Below are positions 5,553 through 11,290 of a DNA stretch of 11,290 nt, piece after piece (positions within the stretch are counted from its first letter, which is position 1; each line of letters opens with the position of its first letter). Under the pieces are notes generated by a model that saw only the letters and a list, made by a program, of their open reading frames with translations, was not told the DNA's origin and ran no database searches. The DNA lies in the NCBI GenBank assembly GCA_043816785.1, contig JBDRHP010000067.1, forward strand, positions 1-11,290. The letters run 5' to 3'. Position numbers and translations under genes: made by a program. This DNA comes from Candidatus Margulisiibacteriota bacterium. GTDB lineage: Bacteria > Margulisbacteria > WOR-1 > O2-12-FULL-45-9.

Positions 5553-7220
5553 TCAAGCAAAAGAATTAAGCTCAAGAATTTTTTTTGCAATATTGTGGGA
5601 GTGGTCCCCGGCGCGCTCGAGGTTGCTCAATATGTCAAGAAAGACAATTCCAGCTTTGGGATCACATTCTGCCTTGCCTAATCGGGCAATATGGTTATCG
5701 CGATAATTCTGCTCAGTTGCATCAATCCTGCCTTCCATCTCAATTGCCTCTTCCGCAATCTTCCTGTCCCATTTATCAAAGGCATCAATAGTCAGGGTCA
5801 TCGCCTGATCAACATATTGACTAAGCTGCTTAACTTCTTTATCCCCTATTGCCGAAAACTTAATATTCTCTTCTTCTTTCAGTTTTATCAGATCAACAAT
5901 GTTCTCTGAAATATCGCCGACCCTCTCAACATCATGGATCAAATGCAAATAGGCTGCAGTGGTCTTTGACATCTCTTCAGTAATTGATTGCTGGTCAATA
6001 TTGATCAGAAAAGAAGTGATCTCCCTTTCCAGCAAATTAACAACTTCTTCACGGCGCTGGACCTTTTCGTGCAATTCCTCACGCTCGCGATGGTTTTTAG
6101 CAAAGATTGATCGGATCGAAAGATCAAGCTCTTGTTTAGCATAATGAGCCATGCGGATTATTTCCTTCTTTGCCTGGCCAATTGCAATTTCAGGAGTAAC
6201 CAGCATGCGAGGATCAAGGAACTTTGTCCCGTGCTCAATAACCTCCACTTCTCCTCTGATCATTTTAGTAACAACAAAAACCATAAAACCTGCCAGGGGG
6301 ATAAAAACTATACAGTTAACAACATTAAATATCGTATGCGTGTTTGCCACATGGCGCTCAATGTTCTGCCCTGCCCAAACATTGCCAGGAGTGATCCAGT
6401 CCACAAAATAGAGAAAAATGGGTTTTCCCTTAAATTGGACACCCAGCAGAAGAAACATATAGGCCGCGCCAAAAACCTTAAACAGGGTATGCGCCCAGGC
6501 CGTGCGCTTGGCCGAGACATTGGCGTTAAGCGCCGCCAGCTGGGCAGTAATAGTTGTCCCGATATTATCTCCAAGGATCACAGCAAAGGCAGTTACAAAA
6601 TCCAATAATCCAACTGCAGCCAGAGTCATGGTAATACCAACAGTAGCAGAACTGCTTTGAATTACCATGGTCAGGGCGGCACCTGTCAATACGGCCAGCA
6701 GCGGATTTTTGCTAAAAGTCACAAACAACTGCCTAAATTCAGGGCTGTCTTTTAAGGGGACAAAAACTTCTGTCATAACTGCCAGGCCAAAGAAAAGCAA
6801 GCCAAATCCCAGGAGCACCTGGCCAAAATATTTTATGTTTTTTCTGGGAATAAAAAAATTAAGTAGGACTCCCAGCCCAATTGCCGGCAGGGCGAACTTA
6901 TGGATCTTAAAAGCAATGATCTGCGCAGTAATAGTGGTACCAATATTGGCCCCGAGAATTACACCTATGGATTGTCTGAGTGTGAGCAAGCCGGCTTGAA
7001 CAAAGCCGATCAACATTACGGTAGTGGCTGAACTGCTCTGGATAATTGCGGTCACACCAGCGCCAACCATGACCCCGCCGATCGTTGTCTTGGTCAGCAT
7101 TTCCAGGATCCTGCGCAAGCTGCGGCCAGCGATTTTCTGCAGGCCGTCAGACATGACTTTCATGCCAAAGAGGAATAAACCGAGGCCACCAATTACACCA
7201 AAGAATATATTATTTGTCAT
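5553..7220 (-). CDS. Na+/phosphate cotransporter family protein (NptA/YjbB-like) with C-terminal PhoU domains
   Basis: 555 aa. Two QSSSAT repeats are followed by GANIGTT and GDNIGTT. The hydrophilic C-terminus has the PhoU-type DVERVGD and NLERAGDH motifs. Confidence 0.95.
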   Translation of the reverse strand: MTNNIFFGVIGGLGLFLFGMKVMSDGLQKIAGRSLRRILEMLTKTTIGGVMVGAGVTAIIQSSSATTVMLIGFVQAGLLTLRQSIGVILGANIGTTITAQIIAFKIHKFALPAIGLGVLLNFFIPRKNIKYFGQVLLGFGLLFFGLAVMTEVFVPLKDSPEFRQLFVTFSKNPLLAVLTGAALTMVIQSSSATVGITMTLAAVGLLDFVTAFAVILGDNIGTTITAQLAALNANVSAKRTAWAHTLFKVFGAAYMFLLLGVQFKGKPIFLYFVDWITPGNVWAGQNIERHVANTHTIFNVVNCIVFIPLAGFMVFVVTKMIRGEVEVIEHGTKFLDPRMLVTPEIAIGQAKKEIIRMAHYAKQELDLSIRSIFAKNHREREELHEKVQRREEVVNLLEREITSFLINIDQQSITEEMSKTTAAYLHLIHDVERVGDISENIVDLIKLKEEENIKFSAIGDKEVKQLSQYVDQAMTLTIDAFDKWDRKIAEEAIEMEGRIDATEQNYRDNHIARLGKAECDPKAGIVFLDILSNLERAGDHSHNIAKKILELNSFA

Positions 7221-7253
7221 TTCAAGTTGTTTTTAATCATCCAAGATGCCGAA

Positions 7254-7282
7254 ATAATAGCAAAAAATGAGGTTTAATTCAA
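7254..7282 (-). promoter_or_regulatory. Putative sigma70 promoter of the Na+/Pi cotransporter gene
   Basis: Minus strand TTGAAT (7282-7277), 17 bp ending in TGC, TATTAT (7259-7254). Confidence 0.6.
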
Positions 7283-7288
7283 CCGGGG

Positions 7289-8683
7289 TCAGGCAGCCGG
7301 CAAGGTAACAATGAATTTCGATCCCTTGCCCTCTCCCTCTGACTCCGCCCAGATCCTGCCGCCATTGGCTTCAACAAAAGCTTTGGCAATATAAAGGCCT
7401 AAGCCCAAACTCTGCTTTTCATGCCTGCTTGCGGTTTCAACCATAAAGAATTTATCAAAAACACGAGGCAAATGATCCTTTGATATGCCTTTTCCGTTAT
7501 CTGCAACAGAAAAAACAACCTCATTATTTATTTTGCTTAGGGACACCGTTACCTTGCCCCCTTCCAGGGTAAACTTCAGCGCATTTCCTAAAAGATTGCC
7601 AATAACCCGAGCAATCATGTTCTTGTCTCCGTTTATTTGCATCTCAGCACTCGGGAGATCCAATGCTATTTCAATCTTAGCCTGATCTGCTTGGGGTTTG
7701 ATCTCCTCAACTGCCTCCACGATCTCCAGGTTAATTGAAAAAACTTCGCGAGTTAAGATTATCCTGCCAAATTCCGCTCGAGTATAATCTAAAATCGCGT
7801 CAATCATCCCGCGCAATTTATTGGCTTCCCTTTTGATAATATCAATAAAGGACTTCTGTTGATCTGACAAGTCACCAACCATATTTCCTAATAAAATATC
7901 AGAATAACCCAGGATCGGCACCAGCGGGGTTTTTAGATCATGGGTCACAAGGGCTAAAAACTCATCCTTAACCTTGTCCATTTTTTTTAGTTCCTGATTG
8001 TTTTTTTCAAGCTGTTTTCGGGCATCTTCCAAATCTTCCATAATGCTCAAAGCTATGTGATATGACTTTTCTTTATCAATTGCTAATTCTGTTGCCTCAC
8101 TTTTTTCTCTGCGCAGCTGATCAGACAAAAAATCCACGGCTAGCGGGCCCAAAAGGAAGATCATGGTATCGCCAACTAAAGCGGATAAAATAAATTTTAG
8201 GTTCTGCCCTGGGCTAAATCCTGGCATCACAACCTGGAAAGAAATCATCCCCAATGTTTGTAAAACAAAAGCCAGCCACAAAGTAGCCGCAAAAAAGATC
8301 GCGACCAGCATGCCTCTTCTCAAGTCATAATTTAACGTATCGAACAAGGCAACAAAGACAGCCACCCAAATGAAGGGGCTGATCCCAGCCCCACTAAAAA
8401 AAACGCCCAAAGCTATCAGCACAACAATAGCAAAAGTAAAAAGGCCTCCATAAGACTGGTCAATTAACCATTTCTTTTTTACCAGGAAAAACTGAAGAAA
8501 AGCCAAACCCCAGGACATAAAAAGTATAATTGACAGAATAAACCACGGCATAATAAAGCCGAATAGCCTAAAAACAAGCAGGAGAATATATAATAAGGGG
8601 ATCATAAAGATAATGGCTTTTGATGATGTTTCAAGGGTTTTGATCTTCTCTGCTTGCGTTATCTTTAAAATAACCTTGATCAT
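7289..8683 (-). CDS. Membrane-bound sensor histidine kinase (multi-TM input, coiled coil, HisKA, HATPase_c)
   Basis: Several hydrophobic N-terminal segments. H box FLALVTHDLKTPL, N box NLLGNALKFT, G1 DNGKGI, F box FDKFF, G2 SLGLGL. Confidence 0.95.
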   Translation of the reverse strand: MIKVILKITQAEKIKTLETSSKAIIFMIPLLYILLLVFRLFGFIMPWFILSIILFMSWGLAFLQFFLVKKKWLIDQSYGGLFTFAIVVLIALGVFFSGAGISPFIWVAVFVALFDTLNYDLRRGMLVAIFFAATLWLAFVLQTLGMISFQVVMPGFSPGQNLKFILSALVGDTMIFLLGPLAVDFLSDQLRREKSEATELAIDKEKSYHIALSIMEDLEDARKQLEKNNQELKKMDKVKDEFLALVTHDLKTPLVPILGYSDILLGNMVGDLSDQQKSFIDIIKREANKLRGMIDAILDYTRAEFGRIILTREVFSINLEIVEAVEEIKPQADQAKIEIALDLPSAEMQINGDKNMIARVIGNLLGNALKFTLEGGKVTVSLSKINNEVVFSVADNGKGISKDHLPRVFDKFFMVETASRHEKQSLGLGLYIAKAFVEANGGRIWAESEGEGKGSKFIVTLPAA

Positions 8684-9222
8684 GCCTTATACCTCGTCGG
8701 AAGACCAAGCTGCTTCAAAAGCTGGTTAACCTCATTTTTCAGCTCAATGATTCTTACTTCCCTGCCAGTCATGAAGCTTGCAAGCTTTGCCTTTTCTTCT
8801 TCCACCCGCTTGCGCTGAGTTATATTTCTCTGAACCGAGGTGGAACGAAGTATCTTGCCCGCTTCATCCCTAACCGCATCCACGCTTAACTCAACATCAA
8901 TAATTTCTCCTTGTTTAGTTCTTATCTGCAGCTCTTCGTTGCGCAGTTTTCCCTCTTTTTTCCACTTTTCCAGCAAGGCTTTAGCTTTTTGCTGAGACTC
9001 TGGCGCATAAATGGTGGGAACAAGAGGTTTTCCAACAAGTTCCTCTTTCTTATATCCCAGCACTTCAAGCACTCTTCGATTGCAATCAGCAATCTTCCCA
9101 TCTGAATCAATTTCATAATAAAGATCAGGGGAATTATTAAAAAATACTTTACAGCCTAATAATTTCTCATATTCTTTTTCAGAAATATTGACAGCCTTTT
9201 TCAACTCTTCATCAGATCCCAC
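8680..9222 (-). CDS. Stand-alone PAS/PAC domain protein with C-terminal coiled-coil tail
   Basis: FNNSPD..IDSDGKIADCN...LGYKKEELVGK (PAS) and VELSVDAVRDEAGK...RNITQRKRVEE (PAC). GTG start with a G-rich SD. ATGA overlap with the kinase gene. Confidence 0.9.
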   Translation of the reverse strand: MGSDEELKKAVNISEKEYEKLLGCKVFFNNSPDLYYEIDSDGKIADCNRRVLEVLGYKKEELVGKPLVPTIYAPESQQKAKALLEKWKKEGKLRNEELQIRTKQGEIIDVELSVDAVRDEAGKILRSTSVQRNITQRKRVEEEKAKLASFMTGREVRIIELKNEVNQLLKQLGLPTRYKA

Positions 9223-9266
9223 AAACTATCCCACCCCCGCGTAAGGTATCACAACCATTAAAGAAA

Positions 9267-9295
9267 ATTGTATATAAGCACCCAACCCTTGTCAA
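9267..9295 (-). promoter_or_regulatory. Sigma70 promoter for the PAS-kinase operon
   Basis: Minus strand TTGACA (9295-9290), 17 bp, TACAAT (9272-9267). Confidence 0.75.
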
Positions 9296-9314
9296 ACACT
9301 AAATATACTTTTTG

Positions 9315-9325
9315 TGTGTTATAAT
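9315..9325 (+). promoter_or_regulatory. Extended -10 promoter for the DUF192 gene
   Basis: TGTG-T-TATAAT (9315-9325), 9 nt upstream of ATG 9335. Divergent from the PAS-kinase promoter. Confidence 0.65.
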
Positions 9326-9334
9326 TAACCCGCC

Positions 9335-9799
9335 ATGGAAGCCAAATACTACACAATCTTTCTGGCCTTTTTTATGGGGACTATAATATTTTCTTCCCCT
9401 TCGACTGAATCACATTCTAAGGCCCCGGAGAAATTCATTAAAGCCCGGATCGGCAGCAGGAGCTATGTGCTGGAGATCGCTGATACATACTCTAAGAGGG
9501 CTTATGGGCTTTCCGGCCGCAAAAAAATGGCCCGGGATAAAGGAATGCTTTTCGTTTTCAATAAGCCGGTTAATTATGATTTTTCCATGTACAATATGCA
9601 ATTTCCGCTTGATTTTCTTTGGGTCAGAGACAACCGGGTCGTTGGTCTGATGAAGAATATTTCTACCAAGAACACCAATGCTTTTGCGGCGGATGAGAAA
9701 TTTGACCGGGTAATTGAGTTAAACGCGGGTGAGCTAACAAGAAATATGGTGAAGGTCGGAGACGAGATCAGCTTCAGCAAGCTGCCCAATGAACCTTAA
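9335..9799 (+). CDS. DUF192 domain-containing protein with N-terminal signal/anchor
   Basis: LEIADT...GLSGR...GMLFVF...MYNMQFPLDFLWV...VIELNAG...VKVGD matches the DUF192 pattern. Hydrophobic N-terminus. Confidence 0.9.
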   Translation: MEAKYYTIFLAFFMGTIIFSSPSTESHSKAPEKFIKARIGSRSYVLEIADTYSKRAYGLSGRKKMARDKGMLFVFNKPVNYDFSMYNMQFPLDFLWVRDNRVVGLMKNISTKNTNAFAADEKFDRVIELNAGELTRNMVKVGDEISFSKLPNEP

Positions 9800-9841
9800 G
9801 GCAAATACCGGTTGATCGCCTTCTAAATAACTGGAAGCAAA

Positions 9842-10924
9842 CTATTTATCAGTAATATCTATGACTGCCTCTTTGTCCGCGGACATTGACAAGGCCTTTG
9901 CCTGCGTCAGGTCAAGTTTGGCAAGGTCCACTTTACGCATGGTCGCGTTATCATAAGTGGTAAAGTATAAAACCTTGCTGGTCTGATCGCGAAAGGTCGT
10001 CCACTGGGTCCACTCGCCGTAGATCACCTTGCCGCTCTTGTCCAGGTCAGAGGCGATACCCAGCGGGATATCTACATTGTTCATGATATGGCGGGCCAGG
10101 TTGAGCGCGCCGGCCGCATTGGCCGGCTGGAGGGCAAAATGTTTCAGCACCGCGATCTTGACAAAGCGGCTGGGCGGAGTAATGTCGCCCGGCAGGCCGA
10201 TCATGCCGCTGCCATGGCCCATGGATTTAAGGGTAAGGCCGGAATAATCAGCCGGCTCAGACTGCTGCTCTGACATCTTGAGATAATTGCGCAAATTAGT
10301 CAGATGCCAGGGAAACTTCGGCGCATTAGTCATCACGCCAAGCGGGTCATCATAAATATTGGCCTGGCCATTATCGTATTCCACCACGATCGCCCCGCCT
10401 TTGGCATCATAGACCGCAAAGTGCATTGGCGGCACCTGTTTCATCTGCGGGATATAAAGGCCGTAGACATAAACATCCTTTAAAGCCGCCTTGACCTCAT
10501 CAACTGAAGAGAATTGGCTCAACACCCAGGAGCCAAGGAACATGTGGGCCAGGGCCTTGTCATTTTGCCCGGCTGGCACTTCCGGCCACTGCATGCTGCT
10601 GTCATACCAGAGCGCGCTAAAGGCCAGGCCAGCCTCGTTCAGGCCGTCAAAGACCGCGTCAGCATCATCAAAAGCGTCAATGCCCGCAAAAGCGTACTTG
10701 CCCTGCCAGGTCAGGCCTTTGGTATTATCCGGCGCCGGGCTCATAAAGGACTTGCCGCGGGGTACAACTACGACCTTGGACTTAACATCGTAACCAAATT
10801 CCATGGTCCTGGCGCTGACAATCGTGCCGTCTTTGGCCGTAAGATTGAAAACCGTGCAGGCAAGAACGTTTTGAGCGAAAAAAACCAATACAAGCAGACC
10901 GGTAAAGAAATATTTTTTATTCAT
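9842..10924 (-). CDS. Secreted linear amide C-N hydrolase (choloylglycine hydrolase/penicillin V acylase family, Ntn-hydrolase)
   Basis: A 22-aa signal peptide ending VLA is followed directly by the nucleophile Cys (CTVF). Also ARTMEF, DGLNEAGL, MTNAP and LPGDITPPSRF motifs. SD AGGAGG at 10938-10933. Confidence 0.93.
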   Translation of the reverse strand: MNKKYFFTGLLVLVFFAQNVLACTVFNLTAKDGTIVSARTMEFGYDVKSKVVVVPRGKSFMSPAPDNTKGLTWQGKYAFAGIDAFDDADAVFDGLNEAGLAFSALWYDSSMQWPEVPAGQNDKALAHMFLGSWVLSQFSSVDEVKAALKDVYVYGLYIPQMKQVPPMHFAVYDAKGGAIVVEYDNGQANIYDDPLGVMTNAPKFPWHLTNLRNYLKMSEQQSEPADYSGLTLKSMGHGSGMIGLPGDITPPSRFVKIAVLKHFALQPANAAGALNLARHIMNNVDIPLGIASDLDKSGKVIYGEWTQWTTFRDQTSKVLYFTTYDNATMRKVDLAKLDLTQAKALSMSADKEAVIDITDK

Positions 10925-10945
10925 ATTGCTGCCCTCCTGGCTTAA

Positions 10946-10974
10946 ATTTTACTCTAATTCAGAACGAGCTGCAA
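10946..10974 (-). promoter_or_regulatory. Putative promoter of the hydrolase gene
   Basis: Minus strand TTGCAG (10974-10969), 17 bp, TAAAAT (10951-10946), just upstream of the SD. Confidence 0.45.
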
Positions 10975-11034
10975 CCAGATCAGCGGTCTCCCGGGCAAAT
11001 CTGACAGTCAGCCCCTGCTCCGTTGACAGTGGTG

Positions 11035-11150
11035 TCAGAGTACCAGAATATCAGAAGACCGGAGCAAAAGGATCAGATTACCAGAATACCAGAAAGATCT
11101 GATTCTCTAATACTCTGATATTCCAGTTCTGATTATCTGGTCTTCTGATA
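11035..11150. repeat. Degenerate octamer repeat array (YCAGAATA-like) followed by its inverted counterpart
   Basis: Forward units: TCAGAGTA CCAGAATA TCAGAAGA CCGGAGCA ... TCAGATTA CCAGAATA CCAGAAAG. Reverse units: TCTGATTC TCTAATAC TCTGATAT ... TCTGGTCT TCTGATA. 11049-11063 and 11136-11150 are reverse complements at 14 of 15 positions. Confidence 0.8.
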
Positions 11151-11184
11151 GTCTTGACCTTACCCCCAAAAACTGGACCACTTG

Positions 11185-11204
11185 CCTGCCTGCCGGCAGG
11201 CAGG
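11185..11204. repeat. Short palindromic element, copy 2 (perfect 20-bp CCTGCCTGCCGGCAGGCAGG)
   Basis: With its flanks TTG/CAA it forms a perfect 26-bp palindrome at 11182-11207. Confidence 0.9.
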
Positions 11205-11248
11205 CAATTAGAATTTAGTCCGATAAACTAATGCTAGGGGGTGCGTAA

Positions 11249-11290
11249 ATGAGGGGTAAAAGGTATACAGAAGAACAGATCATTGGTGCG
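11249..11290 (+). CDS. IS3-family transposase OrfA, N-terminal 14 codons only
   Basis: MRGKRYTEEQIIGA matches the (K)R(F/Y)TEEQII start of IS407-group OrfA. SD-like AGGGGG at 11236-11241. Confidence 0.75.
   Translation, partial: MRGKRYTEEQIIGA

Larger units (their letters stand above)
11155..11290 (+). mobile_element. Left end of an IS3-family (IS407-like) insertion sequence, truncated by the window edge
   Basis: Begins TGACCTTACCCCCAAAAACTGGACCA (5'-TG terminus resembling IS3-family left IRs), 94 bp upstream of an OrfA-like start. The right IR and target duplication are outside the window. Confidence 0.7.

Noticed and set aside
6882..6889. TGCCGGCA in the transporter gene, and GCCGGC near the kinase stop (~7297), as extra copies of the palindromic element
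   Set aside because: Only 6-8 bp of the core match, and they encode ordinary Leu-Pro-Ala codons.
945..7236. Many 60-160 aa ORFs overlapping nfnA, purL, purQ, purS and the transporter (including minus-strand 6308-6574)
   Set aside because: They overlap well-supported genes on the opposite strand or another frame and have no recognisable motifs.
8680..8683. Frameshifted single PAS-kinase gene
   Set aside because: The ATGA overlap is typical of coupled genes, and each ORF looks complete.
9798..9841. Bidirectional terminator between the convergent DUF192 and hydrolase genes
   Set aside because: Only 4-5 bp stems with long loops (e.g. AAGGC/GCCTT) and no convincing U-tracts.
7485..10945. Small ORFs overlapping the kinase, PAS, DUF192 and hydrolase genes
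   Set aside because: Antisense or off-frame shadows of supported genes.
11035..11150. CRISPR array
   Set aside because: Units are 8 nt, degenerate and partly inverted, with no unique spacers and no cas genes in the window.

Overview
Bacterial chromosomal window, mostly minus-strand genes. Reading the minus strand from right to left: a secreted Ntn-hydrolase (choloylglycine hydrolase/penicillin V acylase family), a PAS protein plus membrane histidine kinase, a Na+/Pi cotransporter, and a purS-purQ-[NYN nuclease]-purL-nfnA-nfnB run (nfnB is cut by the left window edge and missing from the ORF track). A DUF192 gene is on the plus strand, and the left end of an IS3-family (IS407-like) element starts at the right edge. 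The unusual signal is mostly non-coding. (1) An AT-rich NYN ribonuclease gene sits between purQ and purL, facing a near-consensus sigma70 promoter that would make a ~60-nt hairpin RNA ending on the NYN stop codon: a candidate nuclease + small RNA module. (2) A 20-bp perfect palindrome, CCTGCCTGCCGGCAGGCAGG, occurs twice: as a 21-bp frame-preserving variant inside nfnB (adding LPAGRQG) and as a 20-bp copy inside the IS left end, suggesting a very small dispersed element. (3) Degenerate 6-, 7- and 8-nt tandem repeats and small hairpins are scattered through genes and spacers. All calls come from reading the sequence by eye; no searches were run.
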